Of a stretch of DNA of 47,844 nt, positions 1 through 11,039 are shown in pieces. Origin of the DNA: Octopus bimaculoides. Its lineage: Eukaryota. The notes beneath the pieces were generated by a model. The model was not told where the DNA came from, did not search any database, and saw nothing but the letters and a program-made list of their open reading frames with translations. Both the position numbers and the translations under genes were made by a program. The DNA is taken from NCBI RefSeq assembly GCF_001194135.2, contig NC_068982.1, positions 55,314,701-55,362,544 of the forward strand, written 5' to 3'. Within the stretch, counting starts at the first letter, position 1; every line of letters begins with the position of its first letter.

Positions 1-844
1 TTATAATCATAAATGTATAGGGATTGACAGTAACCTGCTTCTCCAACATACTGAGAATTCAGAAATAGCAGTCAAAGAACTACTGATTTCAAAACTACAA
101 ATTATTACTCCAGATTGATAGCGATATTTTTGACACACACAGAACAAAAAACAATAGAGAAGAATAAAAAACACTTGCCTTTAGTTAATTTAGTACAATT
201 GTTTCACAGTTAAGAGTACATAATACTCTATTCTGATCTTCAGCTAAATATTCTAATAAATTTGTTAATGTCTAAATAACTCACGTTAATTTTGACCATG
301 TGAACATCAATACCACGTGAGGAAGACGTTAAGAAATTTATCGGCCCGTAAATTCAAAATTGATGATTTCCCTGCCCTGCATATCTATATTTTAATAATA
401 ACTCCATGATGGATGGTTATATATTTACATATATATATACAAAATTTACTGCCAAAAAAGGTAGATCGACCTATACACAAAGTCGACTTTGAAGGACCAA
501 AAATTCCATGTGGAATTCAGCAGGATTTAAAAAGATGGTAGACGATGTTTGTACTACATGTTTACACAACACTCTATGTTAAGTTGTATGCTGGGAAAAT
601 ACAGCATGAGTGCATGTATATACATATATATGCACACACATACACGCACACACACATATATATATGGTCGTGACTTCTGGTACTTGATTGATGAAAGAAA
701 GCCAAGAATGGCCCGTCTTTTTTTTTTTTGCCTGTCCTTCTAATTGTTGTTTCTCTTGTCCGCTTTTGTGTCGTCTATCTGTCCGAACGTTTTAATGCCC
801 TCTATTGCGTTTTTTTTTCTCTACATTGACATTGTATTAATATG

Positions 845-1120
845 TACCACATGCAAGCTGGCTGTGACACGGAATTACACCAAAGCGAGTGAACATCAGC
901 AACCAAGAAGTTGTTGAGGTGCAACATACACTTGCAATGAATATGACTTGTCAATTAAAAATACTACTTGACACTCCACCAGCAGACACCATACAAGCTG
1001 ATGGCTACTGTGCAGCGTTGCGTGAAACAATGTACAAAGCAGCCACTGCCTGAATAAGGTTTCCCTAAACGCAAGAATGCTAACTAGTTTGATGAAAGCT
1101 TGAGCTATCCAAGGCAGTAA
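845..1120 (+). mobile_element. Decayed RTE-type LINE fragment (endonuclease-RT linker)
   Basis: With frameshifts it reads QAGCDT...LLDTPPADTIQADGYCAALRETMYKAATA*...KRKNAN*FDES. This resembles the ADCDTDH...LRDxxYxAA...RKNxDWFDE linker of RTE/BovB ORF2 (recalled consensus). Confidence 0.55.
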
Positions 1121-1560
1121 TGAAAGTCACTTACCTAAGATTCCAAGATATATACCTACATACATATATACACACATAAATTCATACACACGCATGCACA
1201 CAAATGCACAGACATATGTACGTACGTTCGTATATACATACATACATACATACATACTCTGCAGCATGAATAAGCGCATGTTGTTCATTGGTGATAAATA
1301 CTACCTCCAACATAAAAGCTACAATTATCAACCTTGTAAAATAACTGGTTATTTTCTCCTCGTAGCCATCAACGAAACCTTTTATTCAAAATTGCGGCGG
1401 TAACTGTCGTAAACTTGAAATTACGACCATAAGAAAATCATTACAAATACTTTGTCTGAAAACACGATGACAAAAACATTATTGTAAAAACATTTCAGAC
1501 ATTTAGCCTGCAGTATATAGACGTGCACATACAGAGATACAAACATACGCGCGCAAGTAT

Positions 1561-1598
<38 letters not shown>

Positions 1599-1921
1599 AC
1601 ACGCATGCAAGCATGTCCGAACGAACGCAAGCTCACACACACTTACTGACGGACTCTTCAGTTGTAGGCAACGGGCGAGAGTTTCCGCAATTTCTTCTCG
1701 AACAACCTTCAGAGGTGATTTGTTTATAGTGATGAAATGTTTGTGTTATACATTGGCTCATTCTCTCCATCATAGTGCCCGAAAATGGGGACTGTATTCC
1801 AGACGTCAAATGCCGAATGGATCGCAGACCTTACGTGGAATGAAGTGTTTAACGAATATGAACGCAACGAAACATGACGTAGACAATTGTATACATGAAC
1901 ACACATATGTGCATATGCACA

Positions 1922-2308
1922 GATGTTGGCACTCCGTCGCTTACGACGTCGAGGGTTCCAGTTGATCCGATCAACGGAACAGCCTGCTCGTGAAATTAAC
2001 GTGCAAGTGGCTGAGCACTTCACAGACACGTGTACCCTTAACGTAGTTCTCGGGGATATTCAGCGTGACACAGTGTGACAAGGCTGACCCTTTGAATTAC
2101 AGGCACAACAGAAACAGGAAGTAAGAGTGAGAGAAAGTTGTGGTGAAAGAGTACAGCAGGGTTCGCCACCATCCTCTGCCGGAGCCTCGTGGAGCTTTTT
2201 TAGGTGTTTTCGCTCAATAAACACTCACAACGCCTGGTCTGGAAATCGAAACCGCGATCCTATGACCACGAGTCCGCTGCCCTTACCACTGGGCCATTGC
2301 GCCTCCAC
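1922..2308 (-). mobile_element. tRNA-derived SINE, family A (full length)
   Basis: Reverse complement of the copies at 12350 and 41080. A-box tggcccagtgg, B-box gtttcgattcc. TSD catatgcacagat (1912-1924) / catatgcatagat (2308-2320). Confidence 0.9.
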
Positions 2309-3639
2309 ATATGCATAGATACATAAATACCTACTTGTAAAGAACATGCTATCGCCTATGCATTTATGCATTTTCACAGATATATAGATGCACATATACA
2401 AGCATCCATGTAAACAAATATAACTGATGTTGTCTAAATTTAGTTTAAAGAGTTTTGCCTCGATGTTGGAAACCGGCTCCTTCACTCTGGTGAGATATTT
2501 TTAAAATATAAACATTCACATCTATTTATGCGTGTAAGAAAGGAAGACAGGGATTGCTTATTTAAAGACTAGCTTGAGAACAATGGAAGATGCTAGGGTT
2601 CACAATTTAACTCCTTTCGCAGAACTGATGGCAAATACAGCAGTTGGAAATACACAAATCTCTTTAACAAAGACTAAGGCTATCTATAGCAATAAAACAA
2701 CAAAGTATAATACCTTAATTGTAATACCATTCTTTTGTAAACCCATCTTTGTGTCTGTGTTACTTTCGTGCGCATACAAAGTCTTTTATAGGCATATATG
2801 AAAACAAAACATACACACGCTCTCTCATACAGATATGTATATACACATACATACATACGTACATACATACATACATACATGCATATATATGCATTTATAT
2901 ATACATATACATATGTGAGTGTGGACGTAAATGAATACAGACATCTACAACAATATATGTATGTCTGTGCTCATATTTTCATGAATATGGACGTATATAG
3001 ACATACATACACAATATTATAATCAAATATTGAAAAATTACGATTGTGCACCATTAGACGTTCAGAACTAGATATACTGCGTCCATTTGGCTCCTTGTCT
3101 CTCGAACTGCCCGCTTTCACCTCGACGAATGCTCCTTTTCCTGTGTGAACTCGACATTGCGATCAACAGCCAGACAGTACACTAATCAACATTTCAGATA
3201 CCAGCATACGCAACAGAATGCTCCCGTAATCACGTACAAATGCACACATACTCTTGCATGTAGTTACACATACACAGACACACAACAAAGAACAGTCAGT
3301 CTGCAAAAGCAAGTAAGGGAGTTTCACAGGTGAGCATATAGTTAGTTTGGCATCGGTAACAAAGTGCATGCACTTAACAATCGTAGCTATGGAAAGAAAT
3401 CTTTTATAGTCGCTTTTCCTAAGAAGACATGACAACAGCTGTTTATTCTATTTGCAGTGAAAATGTGATTTCTTCTGTTGTCATCGCTGACTCTTCTACC
3501 TATCTTCTCCTTCTCTCTCTGTCTTACATGTATGTGTGTGTATGTGACAGTGTGCATTTGGTATATATATATATATATATATAATTATATATGTGTATGT
3601 GTGAGTGTGTGTGTGTATGTATGCATTGATAGGAGTAGG

Positions 3640-3760
3640 CATACCTGTAAGGTTAAGAAATTCGCTTTGCAACCACAGCCTTTGGGGTTCAGTTCCAAAA
3701 CACGGTGCTTTGGCCCCGGTTCAACAAATGCCCTGTGAGTGAATTTGGTACCCTACATCA
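3640..3760 (+). mobile_element. SINE family B, decayed 5' part
   Basis: ggttaagaaattcgctttgcaaccac...ggttcagttcc...ccctgtgagtgaatttggta matches the family B head, with an internal deletion. Confidence 0.6.
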
Positions 3761-3859
3761 ATCATCCGAAAATTTTCATATATATATATATATATAATAT
3801 ACATATAATATATGTGTGTGTGTGTATGTATATATTCTATAGAAAATAAATGAAAACTC

Positions 3860-4010
3860 CGAACGCAGAATAGCTGTGAAAACAGCCCAGAAAATTGGGT
3901 AAATACCCTTACAAGACGAGAAAAAGTGACCAGCAAGTCGCTACGGAGAATCGAACCCTCTACCTCTCAAATTCCAGCTAAGCGTTCTGTACCATTAAGC
4001 TAAGAGGCGC
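3860..4010 (-). mobile_element. Degenerate tRNA-like head (tRNA pseudogene or old SINE)
   Basis: Minus 4010-3937 has A-box tagcttaatggt, anticodon arm cttag-ctggaat-ttgag and B-box ggttcgattct. Acceptor and T stems are broken. Confidence 0.5.
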
Positions 4011-4779
4011 ACGCACTTTCTCTCAGTTTCTCTTTCTCCTTTCTTTTTGATTCTCTTTCAGTCGTTTGTAGTTTGTTACAAATACGAGTACATAATTATC
4101 CAATGATTTCTTTTGTGCTAAATGCATTGAACTCCATGTTTTATATCTCGCTCTTTACGAGAAAAGCACGAAACTAGATCAGTACAATTTTACTTGAACA
4201 AGAGACAAAGCCTCGTTATATTAGGCTAGTTGGCCTTTAATTATAAAGTTCTTTGTTTGAATTCTATTGAAATTTACTAAGGTTTTGGCTGTTTAAAATG
4301 AAGACATTTGTGATTCGGTACATCGTAACATTTATATTTGGTTTTCTTCGTCTTTTTTTTTTCCTTTTTCATTTTGTTTACTATTGTTACAGTAGTAACA
4401 AAAGACAATAGTCATCTGATACTACATAACTACTTATATTTAATAGTTCGAGAACTATCTTAAGATCACTGGATTTCGGATTATACAATTTATACAAAAA
4501 CTCAGGATCTGTGAATGCTACTGAAAATATACAATCTGTTGTGATTAACAAAACAAAAATTACTGTATATGCCAGCGTATAAGACGCGCTCTGCTTAGTG
4601 ATTTCATCACACACTCATTATAATGTTTTAAAAAGGTTTTGTTGGAGCGGAATGTGTGACTCTATACATGCAAATAAAATATTGTGGAAATATACTGGAA
4701 TAAAATATGAAATCATAAATGGATCATAAATAACATTATGATAGTAGTATATTGCAATGTTATCTTTCAGCTTACCTGT

Positions 4780-4932
4780 GCTCGCTTGCTTCTTGCTTGC
4801 TTTATGCTCTTGCTTTGATGGGGCTGGAGTCATCCCAGGTTAGTGGTTCCAGGGACCTCGTCGTGCGTAGAGCAGACTAGGTCCACCAGTACTCTCCATC
4901 GTTTGCGATCCCGTGCCAGCCCCTCTGCATCC
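4780..4932 (-). mobile_element. RTE LINE 3' terminus with (AAGC)n tail
   Basis: Minus reads AEGLARDRKRWRVLVDLVCSTHDE, matching the AxDRxxWRxLVxxLC C-terminus of RTE ORF2, then aagcaagcaagaagcaagc. Confidence 0.65.
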
Positions 4933-5066
4933 TACTTATTTTATTGACCCTGAAATGATGAAAGGCAAAGTCGACCTCGGTGGAATTTGAACTCAGAACG
5001 TAAGGACGGGCGAAACTCTGCAAACCATTTTGCCTGGCGTGATAAATGTTCTGCCAGCTCGCCGAC
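4933..5066 (-). mobile_element. SINE family C, head and central domain
   Basis: ggcgagctggcaga...gagttcaaattccaccgaggtcgactttgcctttcatc; same family as 20042-20799. Confidence 0.85.
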
Positions 5067-5166
5067 TTCGATATTTTATTAGTGGTTTCAAATTTTGGCA
5101 CAAGGCTAACAATTTCGTGAGTGGGGTTAGTCGATTACATCGACTCTAGTGTTTAAGTAGCACTTA

Positions 5167-6465
5167 CGAGGGGTGTTCATTAAAGATTTCCCCTCGCTCA
5201 CTACCGGTATTGCAGGAAACGGAACTTGTTAAAGTATAATTGTACATGTCTCTAGATGTCACATTGTAAATTGCAGCTTTCCACTAGTATTCGTTTGTCT
5301 TTTACCGCTTCTGAAGTGGATTAAGGTGTTATAATAGAGGCAGTTTAAAACAGATCAATGATTAACTTCTTATGCTTCAAAGGTCGTACACCAGGAGAAA
5401 CTTTCGATGAGATGAAAGAAGTTTATGCTGATGATGCACCATCATACAACGTAGTCAAGCACTGGCATCGCCAGTTCAAATATGGTCGGACATTGGTGGA
5501 AACTGCTCCTATTCCTGGACAACCACATTTCGCCATTGATGACGACACCATCCATAAAGTGGAAGCCGCCATTTTGGAAGATCATTACATAACTTTTCAG
5601 CAACTAGCCTAAGAAATGAAGATAAGTGTAGGGTCTGTGGGAAAAAATCATTCACGACCATTTACGCATGCGGAAGTTGTCTGCACGATGGATTCCCCAG
5701 ATGCTCACACCTTTTCAGAAGCAGGAAAGAGTCAATTGATCCCAGGCTCTTTTGGCAATGTACCAAGAAAATGAGGAAGGCTTTTTCCGCAGACTTATCA
5801 CACAGGTTGAAACATGGGTCCTTCACTATGACCTGGAGTCCAGTTGAAGCAATGGAAACATGACAACTCACCACCTCCAAAGAAGGCTCGTGTCCACCCT
5901 CAGCAGGCAAAGTGATGCTCACAGTCTTTTGGAACCTGCGCGGAGTAGTGATGATGGGTTTTCTGGCAAAATCTACCACAATTAACGAGGCATATTATGC
6001 TTCTCTTCTTCAAAAACTGCGGGACACTTTGAAAGCAGAGAGGTGTGGTATGCTAACCAGCAGAAACGTGTTGTATGTCTCTTCCAAGACAACGCCCTAG
6101 TTCACAATGCACATGTTGTCCAGATGAAAGCACACTCCTGCGGTTATGAAATCTTTCCTCATCCCCATTACTCTCCTGACCTCGCACCTTCTGACTGTTA
6201 CCTCTTTCCAACCATGAAGTCTTTTTTGAAAGGGAAGCACTTTTCGGATGATGATGAACTTAATTCCGAGGTAAAGTCTTGGCTTCAGATGCAACATACC
6301 GATTTCTACAGACAAGGTCTACACAGCTGCATAAAACGATGGGAGAAGTATGTCACCATTGGGGTGGGGTGGGCTACATAGAGAAAAACTAATAATTATG
6401 TCAAGTTTGGTTTATCCCAGTCCTTAAGAAGTGGGTCGGGGGAATTCTTTAATGAACACCTTTCG
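5167..6465 (+). mobile_element. Mariner DNA transposon, full length (1299 bp), defective
   Basis: TIRs cgaggggtgttcattaaagatttcc / ggaattctttaatgaacacctttcg, flanked by TA (5165-66) and TG (6466-67). Confidence 0.93.
5358..6381 (+). pseudogene. Mariner transposase pseudogene
   Basis: HTH N-terminus, WIPQML (WVPREL-like), SAGKVMLTVFW, QDNA and YSPDLAPSD motifs, with several stops and frameshifts. Confidence 0.92.
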
Positions 6466-6649
6466 TGTTTTTTTGACCCTGAAAGAATGAAAGGCTTGTT
6501 AAAGACGGATGAAATGCTGCATCATTTTGCCGGGCATGCTAACGATTCTGCCAGCACACCGCCTTCAGTTTTTTATTAATAATACAATAATTGTGCCTAG
6601 CGCACTAATACTCATCCGGCTGTCTAGTGTACAACACTCGATTGCCCAT

Positions 6650-6870
6650 CATAAAATATATGTGACATCATAAAATATATAAACATGAAGGTATATATAA
6701 AATAAAATTATGACGTCATAAGATATATATGCAGAAATAAATAAAACAAAATTGCGATGTCATAAAATACATAACGAAATAGAAATATATAAAATAAAAT
6801 TATGCCGTCACACAATATATATGTAGAAATGTATAAAGTAAAATTGTGACGTCTTTAAGATATATATAAA
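6650..6870. repeat. Degenerate AT-rich minisatellite (about 45-nt unit) with TGACGTCA-like core
   Basis: Recurrent aaaatt(a/g)tgacgtcataa-like unit; perfect TGACGTCA at 6711-6718. Confidence 0.6.
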
Positions 6871-6907
6871 TGGAGTTAAACGCAGGTGTTATTCAAATTT
6901 TTTTTAC

Positions 6908-6993
6908 TTTCGACACGTGTTTCGAAGATATCACTGGTATTATTTCAAAGGAACAAAATGGTGTAAAACAATGCAATCTTCTCTTCAGGGAAA
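6908..6993 (-). ncRNA. Minimal type I hammerhead ribozyme, intact core
   Basis: uuucc-CUGAAGA-GAAGAU...AUCUUC-GAAA-CACGUG-UC-gaaa. Perfect 6-bp helix II base, palindrome ACACGUGU (6913-6920), GUC cleavage triplet. Confidence 0.78.
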
Positions 6994-7488
6994 TGAAGAA
7001 ATGGAACTCGTCAATAAAACATTTTAACAGAATATGATGGATATGTAAAGTGATTAACTGAACGCTATTAAGTTTGTTTCGTAAAAACGTTAGATGATAT
7101 AACGTTAAAGGTAGCCTATAGAAAGAGGAGGGGTAAAAGAAAGAAGAAGCCAAATAAATGAGAAGTATATAACTATATGTATATTAAATAAAACTACATA
7201 GACTTGGAAAAAGATACATTTAGTGAATGTGAAATGTAAGAAGAAATTTAATGTTTAAATTATATATAATGATAGATATCACTTATATGAACTAAAAGTG
7301 TGTTCCTACCAATGTTTACATCGGTATGCACGCTCTATAACCGTGTTTACAAGGGGATTTTTAGAAAAAAGAATAACAAATAGTTCAGAATTACAGAGAC
7401 GACAGAATTACTTGCCTTTGTCATAAGGTATCCAGATTAAAAGAATCAACCAATCTAAATTAAATTGTTTATTGTGGTCTTTTAGATA

Positions 7489-7898
7489 CTCTTTTACTCT
7501 TTTACTTGTTTCAGTCATTTAACTGCAGCCATGCTGGAGCACCGACTTTAGTCGAAGAAATCGACCCCAGGACTTATTCTTTGTAAGCCTAGTACTTATT
7601 CTATCGATCTCTTATACCGAACTGCTAAGTTACGGGGACACAAACACACCAGCATTGGTTGTCAAGCGATGCTGGGGAACAAACACAGTCACACAAACAT
7701 ATACATACACATACATATATATATACATAAATATACATATATACGACGGGCTTCTTTCAGTTTCCGTCTACTAAATCCACTCACAAGGCTTTGGTCAGCC
7801 CGAAACTATAGTAGAAGACACTTGCCTAAGGTGCCACGCAGTAGGATTGAACCCGGAACCATGTGGCTGGTAAACATGCTACTTACCACACATCCACT
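7489..7898 (-). mobile_element. SINE family B (tRNA head, CORE-like ccttgggcaagtgtc segment), full length
   Basis: Head gtgtggtaag...ggttcaatcc, internal (TA/TG) tract, tail ggtgctccagcatggctgcag...gaaacaagtaaaagagtaaaag. Confidence 0.9.
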
Positions 7899-8226
7899 CC
7901 AAATTAATTTACTAAATCCTGTACTGTTACGTTTATTCCTATCCATAAACGTAGAGTAATGATTAGAAATTCTTCTAGATAACTGAGAAGATGTACTGCC
8001 AATTACCAGAAGTAATTTTACACTGGTATATAGAATTTTTAATTTTAGAGTTACTTGACATAAACTTGATTCTGTTGTAATTAACTTCAGATACAATAAC
8101 CTTGTTATTAATATTTCTAGGGGGATGGATGGTATTAGCTAAATTAATGTTAGTATTAGTAAATGTATCAATATTTAATAGTTTTATATTATGTGAAGAG
8201 GTTATTTGTAAGAGATATTTTATAAA

Positions 8227-8266
<40 letters not shown>

Positions 8267-8350
8267 GGGAATAAATTCCAAAACCTACAGGGAAAAATTC
8301 AATTTAGCAATTCTAAATCAAATTTCCCAATATAAAATATATGTATATAA

Positions 8351-8585
8351 TTTAAAGAAAAACCACTATTAAATAATTCAACAAAGAATAATTCAACTCA
8401 CACCTTCCAGAAAACAAATATATCACAAAAACCTTATTCAAAAAATCAATAAAATACCATTTACTAGTTATTCTTATTGTATTTTATTGATTTTTTGAAT
8501 AAGGTTTTTGTGAACTATTTGTTTTCTGGAAGGTGTGAGTTGAATTCTTCTTTGTTGAATTATTTAATTGTGGTTTTTCTTTAAA
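8351..8585. repeat. Long inverted repeat (107-bp arms, 21-nt spacer)
   Basis: 8351-8457 versus reverse complement of 8479-8585 shows 4 mismatches. Confidence 0.92.
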
Positions 8586-9824
8586 TAATATATATATAAT
8601 TCCCCATCTCTTAAATATAGAACTAGAACTAAACGTATAATGAATTGAAAACTACAACTTCTCATCTCATCCATCCAATTTTCAACTTTCTATTCTTCAT
8701 CTTAAATTAGTACCAATCCATTAATTCATTGATTACTGTTATAGAGTAAATGACGAAAGTTGATTACTTGAGATAATCTAATCTAACTATGAATCATTAA
8801 TTCTTCAATACCATCATATATTCTGTTTCATCTAACAGTTTGTATATTACAGTTCAATTTAATTATGTGCCTTTCAGAAACGCTTCAGCTACATATTAGA
8901 AGTCTGTGTTGAAATTCCGTTTTTGACATGTCATATTCTCCTTTTCTTCCCAACAGAGTTGACTCTTATAATCTCCTAGATATTTATAAGAGTCGCTTGT
9001 TTGTTCTGACCTTATCAGCAATCACTTTTCAGTCACTTTAGATTTCCTTTGTTAAACAAAGGTTCGTCTATTTTAATCTATTTTCTGTTTATTCCTTTAC
9101 AGTTGTTTTGTGTCTCGCTCAAATCGTCTGAAGAGTTGCATAATATCCAGGCTATATGTTCAACGAATATTCATTATTAGCAAGATATAGATTTAAATTT
9201 AAATCTGACTTTACTACACGTTTCTCAATGTTTACCAGTTACAGAATACTGGTTTGTGGATATCATCATCTCTTTAACAAATTTAACATTTATATTTCTT
9301 CTTCATACATTATGACTAATTAATCTTGCTTCTTTGTGGAACCAGAAGGTTAACACTTTGGTTATCCTAAAGAGAGCAGAGACACTGGATAACTGAAGAA
9401 TGTCAGGTTAGCATGCAGTGCTGAGCTACTAGTAGTCAAAGAATAGATGCAGCAATGTATAATAGAATTTAAGCAAAAATTATGCCAGAATTTTCTTTTT
9501 AGATTTTACTATGATTTCGATGTTTTACAATTCTTCTTTACTTCCTTTTCATTTAATATTTGAGTGAATTCACGTGCTAACGATGAGCCTTGTTGGCAAG
9601 CGTCAAGATTTTCGTATTCCCACGGCGTACGAATTCAGTCAGATTAAGAACTTCCCTAAATTTTCACCAACGTTGTGGCCACCATTAAGTTTTCGAATCC
9701 TGGTTTTCATTTAGTCTTTTTATTTAGTCTTTATTTAGTATTTTTTATTTACTCTTTCGATAGCGTTTCTTTACTTTTTACGTTTTAACAAAATTTTGCT
9801 TAGCTCATTATTAATGTCAACCAT

Positions 9825-10015
9825 TAAGGCGGCTAGCAGGCAGAATTATTAACACGTCTGACAAAATGACTTTTACGTTCAGGGTTCAAATTCCGCCGAC
9901 TTTGCCTTTCATACTTTCAGGGTCGATAAAATAAGTATCAGTTCAGCACTGGGGCCGATGTAATCGACTAACCCCGTCTCCTGAAATAGCTGGCCTTTTG
10001 CAAAAATTTGAAACT
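9825..10015 (+). mobile_element. SINE family C
   Basis: ggcggctagcaggcagaatt...gggttcaaattccgccgactttgcctttcat...ggccttttgcaaaaatttgaaac. Confidence 0.85.
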
Positions 10016-10414
10016 ATTATAATTGTGAACTATTTTATTTCCTGATAAATAATTCATAACTAGTCTTTTCTCTTTTATTTTAAATCTATGCTTCAGAAAA
10101 GACAAACAAATAATCTAGAGAGAAGGCAATTTTACATGTTGTCTAAACAGTAAGTTTTAGATTGATTATAAACAAAAAATGGCTAAGTCAGTAATATTTT
10201 TTATTATGTTTATTTCAAAGTGACAAAGTTTATCTTATGTTATAAACGTTGTAATTGAAGAATATCATGATGGAAAGTTGCTTGTATCTTTCACGTATTT
10301 TTGATTCGTACCAAATGATAAAAATCAATATTATGATTGCGAAATTGTAGCAGTAGACTCCGAGAAAAACCGCTATCATCTGCGTAAGCAAACATCACTA
10401 AACATTTCTTGTCT

Positions 10415-10446
10415 CTTCTATGAAGGTTTCTGACCGAAATGTTAGC
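10415..10446 (+). ncRNA. Decayed minimal hammerhead-like motif
   Basis: CU-AUGA-A-GG-uuucuga-CC-GAAA-UGUU-agc; G5 is missing. Confidence 0.4.
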
Positions 10447-11039
10447 TTCTCTTCCTCCCAGCAAAAATTATTTATCATAGTTTGCAAATATGTATTATTG
10501 TAAAAACTAATTCCCTTTGGAAAGTTACAAATTAAATATTACATATTCGTGTCCTTCATCTGAAAATATGCGACAATTGTGCACAGCAAAACAATATCGA
10601 TTTCCTTTCATTGTCGTCCTTGAAGTGGTAACAAACTTGGTATCTCAGTACGTATATGCATTTCGTAGGCTCTCTTTCTAATGAGTCAGATTATGGGTTA
10701 GACCTAGGAGATTGATAACATTAAAATGCCAGTACTTTAATGAAGTCGATACACTGAATCTTAATTTTAAAACGATGACTTTGTCACTCGATACTAAACC
10801 ACAATTATGACATTGACTTAAGAACATGTAATGGAGGTCAAAAGTATGAAACAAATAGTTGGAATTTGTTAAGTTTCATCTTCAAATGATGAATATAAAC
10901 TCTTCTTCTTGTGTTTAGATCATTTGCATCTCGTTTATAAACAAAAGCTTTTTACACACACAAACACATGCACGCGCACGTACACAGACACACGATATAT
11001 ATGTATATGCATGTGTATATATGTGCGTGTGTGTGTAGT

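Larger units (their letters stand above)
5085..6568 (-). mobile_element. SINE family C interrupted by a mariner
   Basis: Tail at 5085-5166 and remainder at 6466-6568. Removing 5167-6465 restores the family motif gtacttattttatcgaccc. Confidence 0.75.
6880..8220 (-). mobile_element. Penelope-like retroelement 3' part (GIY-YIG plus 3' terminal region), split by a SINE
   Basis: Minus reads NSIYQCKITSG/IGSTSSQLSRRISNHYSTFMDRNKRNSTGFSKLIW, then the SINE, then YLKDHNKQFNLDW...PYDKGK*FCRLCNSELFVILFSKNPLVN...RCKHW. This matches the PLE GIY-YIG pattern. A hammerhead lies downstream. Confidence 0.8.

Noticed and set aside
1922-2308. SINE heads as functional tRNA genes
   Set aside because: They lack a proper acceptor stem and continue into SINE bodies with TSDs.
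4771-4838. Apparent plus-strand signal-peptide exon (LPVLACFLLALCSCFDGAGVIP) with AG/GT sites
   Set aside because: It is the antisense of the RTE 3' end and its (AAGC)n tail.
9578-9610. GAUGA-GCC-uuguu-GGC-AAG-CGUC hammerhead-like string
   Set aside because: Both core strands are damaged and there is no helix I.
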